Below are positions 1 to 10,659 of a stretch of 64,000 nucleotides of DNA, piece by piece (position 1 is the first letter of the stretch; every line of letters begins with the position of its first letter). The stretch comes from Nymphaea colorata (taxonomy: Eukaryota). Location: contig NC_045138.2 of the NCBI RefSeq assembly GCF_008831285.2, positions 8,990,001-9,054,000 on the forward strand, written 5' to 3'. Position numbers and translations under genes: made by a program. The notes below the pieces were generated by a model that worked only from the letters and a program-made list of their open reading frames with translations, was not told the origin of the DNA and ran no database searches.

Positions 1-57
1 ACTTATACAAGTCGAACCATGTTATCTCCTTTGTGTTATTTTATATACCTTCATCAC

Positions 58-478
58 TGTGAAATTCCAATCAACCATAGTGACAATAATTGAATCTCCA
101 CAGCATAACAATCAGAAAACAGAAATGTGCACCATGGCACCACACTGAAAAAGGAATTCCATTATTAAATCACTCAGAGAGATACACAGAGCATTAGTGA
201 AAAATATCTAGAAAGTAGAAAGAGACTTCCAACAGTGGCCATTACATTCAATATATAGTTGGTTGCTGTTGTTCTAGCTCCAATGGCTAGATAACTAACT
301 GTTGGAGCTTATTTTTGCTGCATGAGGTTGCAGCAAAAATAAAAAACAGAAATAAAAATAGAAATAAAAGAAAATTGTTTTACGAGAATAAACCTATGTA
401 TAGTGTATTCATCACAAGTATATGTACACATATATACTCATGAGTAGATATACCATATACTTACATTTAGTTCTAACA
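58..478 (-). mobile_element. Solo LTR related to the element B LTR, inverted orientation
   Basis: Reverse complement starts tgttagaactaaatgtaagtata (element B LTR starts tgttagaaatataatgtaagtata) and ends ttcaca like the B LTR. It carries a related ctccaa(c/t)ggctag hairpin motif. Flanks are catcac (52-57) and tatcac (479-484). Confidence 0.7.
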
Positions 479-485
479 TATCACA

Positions 486-497
486 TGGTATCAAAGC
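486..497 (+). other. Primer-binding site (tRNA-iMet type) of element A
   Basis: tggtatcaaagc, one mismatch to canonical TGGTATCAGAGC, directly after ...CA. Confidence 0.7.
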
Positions 498-561
498 CCC
501 TCGTTTTGAAATCTCCACTTCCACATAAGGAAATGGCCAGCTGCAGTTTTATAGTGATCAC

Positions 562-982
562 TGTTAGAAATATAATGTAAGTATACATACATGTTTTGAT
601 ATCTACTGTCATATATTTTAAACTCCTAGCAGTTTGATGTATGATTTGTATATATAAATATATGTGTGTATACATAGGACTTCTTGTATTTATTTTTTCT
701 TATTTTTTCTTTATTTTTTGTGCCTTTTTTCTGAACTTTTTCCTTTTTTATTTTGATAAGGAAGTAGCTGTTGGGAGTTCCCAACGGCTAGATTTCTAGC
801 CGTTGGGAGCTCCAACAGCCACTTCCTCTCCCTCCTTTCTTCTTTGTTTCTTGTATAAATAGGGCACTTGGGACCCTTGTTATTTTATGAATTTTTAGCC
901 TCTTCTTATATACTTTGTCAAGATTAATACATTTTTCTTGTCCTCAAGTTTGAGGTTCTTTTTGTGTGTTACTTATTGAAGT
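562..982 (+). repeat. 5' LTR of element B, lacking its last ~65 bp and the PBS
   Basis: Matches 10173-10594 with about 7 differences by eye, then runs directly into gag-like sequence. Confidence 0.9.
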
Positions 983-3900
983 ACTTGTCCTCAAGAAAAC
1001 CCACACTATGAAGGATGTAGCTTACATGTGCAATCTTCAAATGAAGATTGCAAGTCTCCAACAAGGGGACAAGTCCATTAAGGAATACGTTGGAGAAATG
1101 GAGCAACTATGGGACGAACTTGCTCTATTTGAACCCGAATGGTATGATCCAAGAGACATTGGAGTAAGGGAAAAACAAATCTAAAGGAAAAAATTTTATA
1201 AATTTATTCTTGGTCTTAGACCGGAATATGATGGAGTCAAAACTTCCTTGCTCCATAGACATAAAGTGCCACCCATGAATGAAGCCATAGCGGAGCTTCA
1301 AATGGAAGAAAATAGACTCAATTTTTCTAAAGAAAAGAGTGAAAATGTTCTTGCTACCTTAAGACCCGACGCTCATATGAGAACTTATAGGCCTCCTCAC
1401 TTTAATCGAAATTATGAGGATAAAGGCAACAAGAAAATTATATGTTTTCATTGTCAAGAAGAAGGACATACTAAACCTAGATGTCCTAAATTGAGGAAAT
1501 TTGATAGAAAAACAAGTATGGCTGGGACAATGTATGAAGAAAGCAATCGATTTGACTTAGACAAGCTTGTAAGTGCTCTCCAACCAACTTATTGATGTTC
1601 TTCAACCACTTTTCAAAGGAGGAGAGGCTTCTCCAACTTCTGGAGCAACGGTGGCATCTACATCATCAAGTAAGTACTCTTGGATACTTGATTTCGGAGC
1701 TTCATTTCATATGACCCCTTGTAGTTCACTACTTACCGAATGCACTAAGGAAGAATCGTGCCTTTTTGTCAAAACCGCCGATGGAACTCCTCTTTAAATC
1801 AAATGTGTTGGGAATATTGATCAAAATTTTAATTCAAAAGTTTTCAAAATACCAAAAGTTAGATTTATCCCCAAACTTAACTTAAATCTCTTGTCGGTTT
1901 CTCAAATAACCAATCATGGATGTGATATTATCTTCTCACAAAATAAATTTTTGATACAGGACCATCTTTCCATGAAGACGATTAAGGAAGGTTCTAAGAA
2001 AAATGATCTCTACTATGTGGATTATTTAGATCTTTCCAACCCTACTTGCAATGTAGTCAAGAAAAGTGGCATTCAAATTTGTCATCAAAGACTTGGGCAT
2101 TCAAATGTAGGAAAAATGTCCTGTATCCCTTTTTCGGAGGAGAAATGTAAAGAAATGATCTCTTGTGATGAATGTATTAAAGCCAAAATTAAGGCTTTAC
2201 CTTTTGCAAATAGAAATTTTGTTGCAAAAGCACCATTTGAATTAGTGCATTCGGATGTATGGGGACCCGCTCCTATTATGTATAAAGGTGGTTTGTTTTA
2301 TTATGTCATTTTTGTGGATGATTACTCTCGATATGCTTGGGTTTACTTTCTTAAACACAAATCGGATGTATTTATGAATTTCAAAAACTTTTACAACATG
2401 ATCAAAACACAATTTGATGCAAACCTTAAAATTTTTAGAAGTGATTCCGGGGGAGAATTCATTTCCAACGAATTTGAAGAATTCCTAAAGGAAAAGAGAA
2501 TTATACACCAAAAATCTTGTCCCAAAACCCCCCAACAAAATGGCATCGCCGAAAGAAAACATAGACATATTCTTGAAACAACAAGAGCTCTTCTCATATG
2601 AAAAAATGTTCCAAAAAATTTTTGGGCTGAAGCAATTCTAACATCAATCTATTTGATTAATAGAATGCCCTCTAAAGTCTTAGAAAATATTTCCCCCTTT
2701 CAAAAACTTTTTAATTTGGAGCCAACTTATAAAAGATTTAAAGTCTTTGGTTGCAAATGTTACATTCTAAATAACAAAAATGACAAACTTTCATCTAAAG
2801 TTATTCAATGTGTCCTTATTGGTTATTCCGAAACTCAAAAAGGACATAGATGCTATGATATTGAAAAAGATAAGGTGTATTTTTCAAGAAATATGATATT
2901 TTTAGAAGAAGACAATGACTTTAATGAAAATAAACCCAAGCATGAAGATGATTATTCTTTCTTATGGATGATGATGATAATGATAATGATGATGTTTTGC
3001 ATTCTTCTTATGATAATACTTTAAATGAGGCTGATAGCACTTCTTTTGCTTGACCACCAAGAGAAGTTAGAGTCTATAGGAGAAGGTCTCAACAAAACAA
3101 CCAAGAGCCTCAACATACTCTTAGGAGATCTCAAAGAGATATTCATCCACCTCAAAAATTTGTCTCCTACGAGTCTTTTTCCCCAAAGCATAGGGCTTGC
3201 TTATTAGCTATTCACTCCTTTGATGAACCTTCATCCTATCTCGAAGCCAAAACTAACCCACATTGGATTGAAGCCATGAACAATGAACTTCAAGCCCTTG
3301 AAGACAATAAAATTAGGACATTGTTTCTCTTTCCATCGGGAAAAAGACAATAGGATGTAGGTGGTATATAAAGTCAAGACTAGAAGTGATGGATCACTTG
3401 AAAGGTATAAAGCTAGACTTCTTTCAAAAGGATATGCTCAAGAATATGGCATAGACTACGACGAGATCTTTGCTCCTGTTGCTAGAATGACATCCATCAT
3501 AACCCTAATGGCAGTTGAAGCAATGGACCATATATCAATTGGATGTCAAAAATGTTTTTTTAAATGGTTACTTAAATGAGGAGGTTTTCATGGACTCACC
3601 CCCTGGGCTTGATTTACCTAAAGGCAAAGTCCTGGTTTGAAACAAGCTCCAAAAGCTTGGTTTTATATGTTCAGCAATGTTATGTTTAAACAAGGTTTTA
3701 AATCATGTTTTTGTGACACTGCTATGTTTGTTAAAAATACTACTATAGGTACAATTGTGTTGCTTTTATATGTAGATGATATGATTATTACAGCTAATGA
3801 TGCCAACGGAATGATGCAGGTAAAGGCTTTCCTTAAGAATGAATTTGAAATGACTGATTTGGGTAAACTAACATATTTCCTTGGTATTGAAGTTGCTTAT

Positions 3901-4160
3901 AGTAGGAGAGGATACTTCCTCTCACAAATGAAGTTTGCCAATAACATTATAAGCAGATCAGAAATCACTCATGACAAGGTAGACACTCCTGAAGCTTTAG
4001 GAGTAAAAATGAAGATTGATGATGGAGAAATTCTAGAAAATCTCACCCCCTTTCGTCAATTGGTGGGAGCTCTCACATATTTATCCATCACAAGGCTTGA
4101 CATATCACATGTTGTACATGTCATAAGTCAGTTTCAACAAAGACCCACTTCTGTACACAT
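983..4160 (+). pseudogene. Copia gag-pol of element B, 5' part (gag, protease, integrase, most of RT), with frameshifts and stops
   Basis: CCHC knuckle CFHCQEEGHTKPRC; WILDFGASFH; HQRLGH; HSDVWGP; RSDSGGEF; QQNGIAERKHRH; ERYKARL; LYVDDM. Confidence 0.92.
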
Positions 4161-4165
4161 GGGAG

Positions 4166-4217
4166 TGATAGAAATGTAGCACCAATATCTGTAACCCGAA
4201 AACAGCACTCAAGCAGG

Positions 4218-4249
<32 letters not shown>

Positions 4250-4615
4250 AAATGAAAACAAGAAGAAACTGAGGAGAAGAAGCCGTAGCCAAAATGGTTT
4301 GCACGGCCTCTATTTATAATCTCATTTTCAGAATTCTAAGAGTCTCCAATCGTAGAATCCTAGGAGATTTCACAAGCTTCAAGGACATTAATTACATCAT
4401 AGAAACCTAAGAGACTTCACATATTACAAGGATATTAACTACAACATAGAATCCTAGGAGACTTCCCATATAACAAGGATATTAACTATAACATAGAATC
4501 CTAGGAGACTCTTCACATGTTACAAGGACATTAAATATTTTAACACATTCTACAAGGAGGTGGAATCCTAAGAGACTCCTCTTCAACGTGCTGGTGAAGG
4601 ATTTATATTTTAACA
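4166..4615 (-). repeat. 3' LTR of element C (450 bp)
   Basis: Appears identical to 9148-9609 except (AG)13 versus (AG)19; minus-strand termini TGTTA...TATCA. Confidence 0.96.
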
Positions 4616-7600
4616 CCCTCCCTCAAGTTGTGCATGGTTTTGCACCATGTACAACTTGCCTTTTAGAAACCAGAATCGTTCCTTTGTTAATCCTTTTGTA
4701 AATAAGTCTGCAACTTGTTCATCTGTACGAACATAAATAGGCTGAATTTCCTTGTCTTCCACCTTTTGTCTAACAAAGTGTTGATCAATCTCAATGTGCT
4801 TTGTTCGACCATGTTGTACGGGATTAAAGGCAATGTTAATAGCGCTTTGATTATCGCACATTAACATTGATGTTTTAATCTTTTCTCCAATGTCTTCTAG
4901 CAAATGTCTAACCCATGTAACTTCAGCAGTACCTGCAGCCATGCATCTGTATTCAGCTTCAGTGCTGGATCTTGCTACTGCCTTTTGCTTTCGACAACTC
5001 CAAGACACAAGATTACGTCCAATGAAAATACAAAAACCAGAAATGGACTTTCTTTGATCGGGATCTCCAGCCCAATCTGCATCTGTGAATGTCATAAGTT
5101 GATGTCCAGTAGTTATATTTTCACTCTTACCATAAACTAAGCCATCTCCTGCTGTCCCTTTAAGATATCTTAATATTCTTTTGACAGCATCCATGTGAGT
5201 ATCTCTAGGTGCATGCATAAATTGGGATACTTGATTCACAGCATATATAATATCTGGTCTAGTAAATGTAAGATATTGAAGTGCCCCAACAATACTTCGA
5301 TATTGCGTAGGATCTTCATATAACTCCCCATCTTGAGCACTTAGTCTTTGATTTAGAACACTAGGAGTTCCAACAGGCTTACAATCAGACATACCTGACT
5401 TTTTCAACAAATCCAACGTGTATTTCTGTTGTGTCAATGTGAGGCGATTATTGTGCCTATCAATCTCCACTCCAAGAAAGAATCGTAAATCACCAAGCTC
5501 TTTCATTTTGAAGTTTTGCATCATCAAAACTTTAGCTTCTTCTATGTGTTTTTCTGAATTGCCTGTGATAACAATATCATCAACATATATAAGAAGTAAA
5601 GTAAATATGTTTTCCTTTCGATAAATGAAAAGAGAGTGATCTAGAGGACATCTCCGAAAACCACATTCTTGAATCTTGCAAGAGAAACTGTCAAACCACG
5701 AACGTGAGGCCTGTTTAAGTCCATAAATAGATTTTCTTAGTTTGCAAACCCATGCATGAGAGTCTCCTTTCGTGTATCCTGGAGGTTGTTCCATATATAC
5801 TTCCTCCCTTAAATCACCATGAAGAAAAGCATTCTTCACGTCCATTTGATGTAGTCTCCATCCATATTCAACTGCCAATGATATAATCACGCGAATTGTT
5901 CCCATTTTGATCACAGGGCTGAATGTCTCATCATAATCTTCTCCATATTGTTGTGTAAACCCTTTTGCTACTAACCTTGCTTTGTGTCTTTCTATGCTGC
6001 CGTCAGGTTTGTATTTAATTTTGTATACCCATTTGGAGCCCACTACGTTCTTTTCGTGTGGCCTCGGAACGATCTCCCATGTTCCACATTCATGCAAGGC
6101 ATCCATTTCTTCTTTCATAGCCTTTCTCCAATGATGTGATTTTGATGCTTCATCAAATGAAGTAGGTTCTTCCTCCTTGCCAACTTTTGCCATGAATAAC
6201 TGAAAATCAAGTGATAAAGAATCATAGCTAACCCACCTGTGAATGGGATGACGAATGCGTTGGGATCTTCTAAGGTGGGGCATGTTGTCTTCTTCACTGT
6301 GAGCATCTCTGTCCCTTAGTCGTCGACTGTAGATAAGACCCGAATACCGATGTGCATCGTTGCTCTGTTCATTATTGTTTTCGTGATGACTTAATGACTG
6401 TGTTGGATCTTCTTGATTTTCACTTTGAGCCATATCCGACGGTTGTATTGCTCTCTCTGAATCTTCACTTTGAGGCACATCATTTTCTATAACAGGATCT
6501 GCATTGAATAACTGTGTACTGGTCCAGGGATCATAAGATTCAATGGTCATAGGCATTTCATTTGTATTATCAAAACTATGTTCATCAAAAATGACATTTC
6601 TTGAAGTTTTGATACGTTTAGTTGTTGGATCATAGCATCGAAAACCTTTATATTCATCAGCATATCCAACGAATCTACATTGAATAGCTTTGTCTTGAAA
6701 CTTGTTCCTCAAGGCAGCATCAACGTGAACATAGCATACACAACCAAAAACCTTCAAGTTCTTGTAATCAGGTTGTTTGCCTAAGAGTGTAAAATATGGC
6801 GATTTAGACATCAAGAGTGTCATAGGCAAACAATTTATTATGTATACAGCAGTATGGAAGGCTTCAGTCCACAAGGAAATGGGCACATTAGTATCATGCA
6901 TCATGCTCATGGCGCTTTCAACTATATGTCGATGTTTCCGCTCAACTACACCATTTTGTTGTGGTGTGTAAGGGCAGGAAATTTGTCTAGTTATCCCTTT
7001 TTCACGTAGAAATTCAATAAAATCAAGCGAGGAATATTCTCCCCCTCCATCACATTGAAAATGCACCACATTGGATGAAAATTTAGTTTGAATCATGGCA
7101 TAGAAGTTTCGAAATATGTGAGGTACTTCTGATTTGTGTTTCATGAAGTAAATCCAGGTGAAACGTGAGTAAGAGTCAATGAATAAGACATAATATCTTG
7201 ACCCAGACATGGAATCAATAGGGGCTGGCCCCCATACATCAGAAAAAATAGTTTCAAAAGGTTTGGAAGCCCTTTGATTTATATTATGGAAAGGTAAAAC
7301 ATGACTCTTACAAAGTCCACAACTTGAACATTTTTTGACACTTGAAGTAAGAGGTAAACTTGATCTTGGAATGAGACTATCTGTGACAAGTTTTTCAATG
7401 AAATGTCGACCACAGTGTCCTAGCCGACTATGCCACAAATCAGACTCCAAAAATTGGTTAGGGCCCCTTACTTTTGATTGAAAATGGCAAGAACTTGGCA
7501 CTGATGACGCATTATGAGAAAGAGAAAATGTCTTCAATCCTATATCAAAAGTGGATGAATCCTTGGGTAGACATTCCTTGAGGACGTACATATTCCCTTG

Positions 7601-8926
7601 ACGCTCCCCTCTAGCGAACATTTTCTTCGTTTGGAGGTCCTTGACATAGACAGAAGAAGGTGTGAATTCAACAGAAGAGCTTGTATCATCAATGAGTTTA
7701 GAAATGGATATGATGTTCTTTTTGATATTGGGAGCAAGAACAACATTAGACAGTGATAGAGACGAGGATGACAATGGAATATGTGCATTTCCAATATGTG
7801 TAATAGGATGAGATTTTCCATCACCTGTTATAATGCAACTTCTACCGTAATGAGGGGATAAGTTAGTCAATTTACCTGCATTTCCTGTCACATGGGTAGC
7901 TGCACCTGAATCCAAGAACCATTCTCCCTGCTCATTTTGCTTTATAGTCATCTTTGAGAATGCGGCCATCAATAGCTGTTGCATATCTTCAGCGGTGGAT
8001 TTAGAACTTTGTCCTCCTTGTTTATAATCATGTCTTACTCCTTTGTTTTTATTTTGAGGATTAAACCAACATTGTGCCTTCATGTGTCCTTTCTTGTTGC
8101 ACTGAAAACAAATTGGTATTTTTCTTGAAGTATCCAAAGGAGACATACCTTGGTTATGTGGTGTTGGTAGAATGCCACGACCACCATGGTTGGAGTTCCC
8201 ATGGCTCTTACCAAACTTTACATTCATAGCCAACACATTTTGGGAGTTCCCTTGATCAGTCCTTTCAATGACTCTTTTCATATTCATTTCATGTTGGAGA
8301 AGTTTACCTTGTAGTTCGTTGAAGGAAGGCAGAACAGGAAGGACCTCAAGAGCTGTAATAAAAGCATGATAATCATGCCCAAGTCCATTCAAGGTTTGCT
8401 GCACCTTTTCCTTATCAGAAATGTTATTCCCTGAGGCAGCAAGTTGGTCTGCGACGGCCTTAATACGCCCCAAATAATCCATGATAGACGTTGAACCTTT
8501 GCTCAAATTCTGAAATTCTTTCTTTAAGTACATAATTCGAGCTTCTGATATTTGGGAAAAGGTATCAGCAAGGGTTTCCCATAATTCTTCTGCAGTACAA
8601 TCATCAGAAACTGAAAGTAACACTTGTTGAGATAAAGTGGACAAAATATACGCAACCAGACTTTGATCACGTCTCATCCACATAGCATGTTCAGGATTGT
8701 TGTCTTCATGAACAGCAATAACTTCTCCTGCCTCATTTTTTATTTCCTGTAAGACGGATATTGGTGGAGCCTTTGTTGAACCATCGAGATGTCCAAAGAG
8801 GCCTTGACTTCTTATGAAAGGCATGATTTGCCTTTTCCAGATCAGATAATTCTCATGGTTGAGTTTTTCGGTAATAAGGTGAGGAAGAAAACTTGAGGAC
8901 ATGCCAGAATGCGAAAGGTTTTCCAT
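4610..8926 (-). CDS. Copia Gag-Pol polyprotein (1438 aa from the first ATG, MENLSHSG...)
   Basis: Open frame with gag N-terminus KLNHENYLIWKRQ, knuckle CFQCNKKGHMKAQC, protease WFLDSGAATH, WHSRLGH, integrase SDVWGP/QCDGGGEY/NGVVERKHRH, RT IYVDD, RNase H DADWAG/EAEY/CDN. The ORF ends LEGGC* inside the LTR. Confidence 0.97.
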   Translation of the reverse strand: MENLSHSGMSSSFLPHLITEKLNHENYLIWKRQIMPFIRSQGLFGHLDGSTKAPPISVLQEIKNEAGEVIAVHEDNNPEHAMWMRRDQSLVAYILSTLSQQVLLSVSDDCTAEELWETLADTFSQISEARIMYLKKEFQNLSKGSTSIMDYLGRIKAVADQLAASGNNISDKEKVQQTLNGLGHDYHAFITALEVLPVLPSFNELQGKLLQHEMNMKRVIERTDQGNSQNVLAMNVKFGKSHGNSNHGGRGILPTPHNQGMSPLDTSRKIPICFQCNKKGHMKAQCWFNPQNKNKGVRHDYKQGGQSSKSTAEDMQQLLMAAFSKMTIKQNEQGEWFLDSGAATHVTGNAGKLTNLSPHYGRSCIITGDGKSHPITHIGNAHIPLSSSSLSLSNVVLAPNIKKNIISISKLIDDTSSSVEFTPSSVYVKDLQTKKMFARGERQGNMYVLKECLPKDSSTFDIGLKTFSLSHNASSVPSSCHFQSKVRGPNQFLESDLWHSRLGHCGRHFIEKLVTDSLIPRSSLPLTSSVKKCSSCGLCKSHVLPFHNINQRASKPFETIFSDVWGPAPIDSMSGSRYYVLFIDSYSRFTWIYFMKHKSEVPHIFRNFYAMIQTKFSSNVVHFQCDGGGEYSSLDFIEFLREKGITRQISCPYTPQQNGVVERKHRHIVESAMSMMHDTNVPISLWTEAFHTAVYIINCLPMTLLMSKSPYFTLLGKQPDYKNLKVFGCVCYVHVDAALRNKFQDKAIQCRFVGYADEYKGFRCYDPTTKRIKTSRNVIFDEHSFDNTNEMPMTIESYDPWTSTQLFNADPVIENDVPQSEDSERAIQPSDMAQSENQEDPTQSLSHHENNNEQSNDAHRYSGLIYSRRLRDRDAHSEEDNMPHLRRSQRIRHPIHRWVSYDSLSLDFQLFMAKVGKEEEPTSFDEASKSHHWRKAMKEEMDALHECGTWEIVPRPHEKNVVGSKWVYKIKYKPDGSIERHKARLVAKGFTQQYGEDYDETFSPVIKMGTIRVIISLAVEYGWRLHQMDVKNAFLHGDLREEVYMEQPPGYTKGDSHAWVCKLRKSIYGLKQASRSWFDSFSCKIQECGFRRCPLDHSLFIYRKENIFTLLLIYVDDIVITGNSEKHIEEAKVLMMQNFKMKELGDLRFFLGVEIDRHNNRLTLTQQKYTLDLLKKSGMSDCKPVGTPSVLNQRLSAQDGELYEDPTQYRSIVGALQYLTFTRPDIIYAVNQVSQFMHAPRDTHMDAVKRILRYLKGTAGDGLVYGKSENITTGHQLMTFTDADWAGDPDQRKSISGFCIFIGRNLVSWSCRKQKAVARSSTEAEYRCMAAGTAEVTWVRHLLEDIGEKIKTSMLMCDNQSAINIAFNPVQHGRTKHIEIDQHFVRQKVEDKEIQPIYVRTDEQVADLFTKGLTKERFWFLKGKLYMVQNHAQLEGGC

Positions 8927-9135
8927 GACAGCAGAAAAGAATGGTATATAGGTAGAAGATGAGAGGGAAAGAAGACACGATATAACAAGATGTGTCCTTG
9001 GTAAGCAAGAAGAAAAAAGGAACAAGAATTGCGCAAGAGAAAAGTAAATTCAGGATAGAGACAAGATGAGAAAAGAGTTCTAACCAGATCAGACCTGTTT
9101 GGGCATTTCGTTTGGTAGAGATAACGTAACCTGGC

Positions 9136-9147
9136 GCTCTGATACCA
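9136..9147 (-). other. PBS (tRNA-iMet) of element C
   Basis: Minus strand reads TGGTATCAGAGC(gc)CAGGTT directly after the LTR end CA. Confidence 0.95.
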
Positions 9148-9199
9148 TGATAGAAATGTAGCACCAATATCTGTAACCCGAAAACAGCACTCAAGCAGG

Positions 9200-9246
<47 letters not shown>

Positions 9247-9609
9247 TGAAAACAAGAAGAAACTGAGGAGAAGAAGCCGTAGCCAAAATGGTTTGCACGG
9301 CCTCTATTTATAATCTCATTTTCAGAATTCTAAGAGTCTCCAATCGTAGAATCCTAGGAGATTTCACAAGCTTCAAGGACATTAATTACATCATAGAAAC
9401 CTAAGAGACTTCACATATTACAAGGATATTAACTACAACATAGAATCCTAGGAGACTTCCCATATAACAAGGATATTAACTATAACATAGAATCCTAGGA
9501 GACTCTTCACATGTTACAAGGACATTAAATATTTTAACACATTCTACAAGGAGGTGGAATCCTAAGAGACTCCTCTTCAACGTGCTGGTGAAGGATTTAT
9601 ATTTTAACA
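9148..9609 (-). repeat. 5' LTR of element C (462 bp) with TATA box (9301-9312) and ~4.5 x 47-bp U3 tandem repeats
   Basis: Units tagaa(t/a)ccta(g/a)gaga...caagga(c/t)attaa begin at 9347, 9394, 9441 and 9488; minus-strand tataaatagagg. Confidence 0.95.
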
Positions 9610-9614
9610 GGGAG

Positions 9615-10159
9615 CTGCATTGAGGATTGTTCGATACGTCAAACACACTATCACTAAGGGACCTTTCCTATCCTCCTCATCAAACTTGAATATGATTGCC
9701 TATACTGATGCTGATTGGGGTGGAGATCCTAATAATAGGCATTCCACCACCGGTTTTTGTGTTTTTCTAGGTGACTCTCTCATTTCGTGGAGATGCAAAA
9801 AACAACATAAAGTCTCTCTATCTTCAACCGAAGCAGAGTATCGTGTCATGGCTGCCACCACCATGGAGATTGTATGGTTGAAAAGCTTATTGAAGGACAT
9901 TGGAATTGACCTCAACGAAGCCACCAAGCTCTGTTGCGACAATAAAAGTGCCATCTACATTGCTAACAATCATACTTTTCATGGAAGGACAAAACATATT
10001 GAAATGGATTGTCACTATGTGAGAGAGCAATATCTTAGTCGAACAATTGATCTATCTTTTGTCCCTTCTGAATATCAACTTGGAGATTTCTTCACCAAAG
10101 AACTTGCTTCCACAAGATTCCAGTTTCTTCTTGGCAAACTTTCGGTGATTACACCATAA
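9615..10159 (+). pseudogene. End of RT and RNase H of element B
   Basis: AALRIVRYVK...YTDADWGG...SSTEAEYR...CDNKSA...RTKHIEMDCH; continues the RT interrupted at 4160. Confidence 0.93.
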
Positions 10160-10172
10160 GTTTGAGGGAGGG

Positions 10173-10659
10173 TGTTAGAAATATAATGTAAGTGTATCAT
10201 ACAAGTTTTGATATCTACTATCATATATTTTAAACTCCTAGCAGTTTGATGTATGATTTGTATATATAAATATATGTGTGTATACATAGGACTTCTTGTA
10301 TTTATTTTTTCTTATTTTTTCTTTATTTTTTGTGCCTTTTTTCTGAACTTTTTCCTTTTTTATTTTGATAAGGAAATAGCTGTTGGGAGTTCCCAACGGC
10401 TAGATTTCTAGCCGTTGGGAGCTCCAACAGCCACTTCCTCTCCCTCCTTTCTTCTTTGTTTCTTGTATAAATAGGGCACTTGGGACCCTTGTTATTTTAT
10501 GGATTTTTAGCCTCTTCTTATATACTTTGTCAAGATTAATACATTCTTCTTGTCCTCAAGTTTGAGGTTCTTTTTGTGTGTTACTTATTGAAGTTATTGG
10601 AAGCTTCAAGGGTGTTTCTCTTGAAGCATTTGTCTTGACAAGTTTGGGCCTGATTCACA
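10173..10659 (+). repeat. 3' LTR of element B (487 bp)
   Basis: tgttagaa...tgattcaca followed by TSD atcac; internal long hairpin and TATA box. Confidence 0.93.

Larger units (their letters stand above)
4166..9609 (-). mobile_element. Intact, very young Ty1/Copia LTR retrotransposon (C), Ale/Retrofit (RE1/RE2)-like
   Basis: TSD GGGAG at 4161-4165 and 9610-9614; LTRs 4166-4615 and 9148-9609; PBS 9136-9147; PPT 4616-4625; single uninterrupted gag-pol ORF. Confidence 0.97.
562..10659 (+). mobile_element. Ty1/Copia LTR retrotransposon (B), decayed, interrupted by element C
   Basis: TG...CA termini; 5-bp TSD ATCAC at 557-561 and 10660-10664; 5' LTR 562-982 (3'-truncated) and 3' LTR 10173-10659; PPT gagggaggg 10164-10172; gag-PR-INT-RT-RH order in broken ORFs. 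Confidence 0.93.

Noticed and set aside
8927..9025. N-terminal extension of the 1471-aa ORF
   Set aside because: The ORF track starts at a non-ATG codon; the first ATG and gag similarity begin at 8926.
9347..9540. Heat-shock elements in the U3 repeats of element C
   Set aside because: GAA/TTC spacing does not fit nGAAnnTTCn; only TCCtaGGA-like variants are present.
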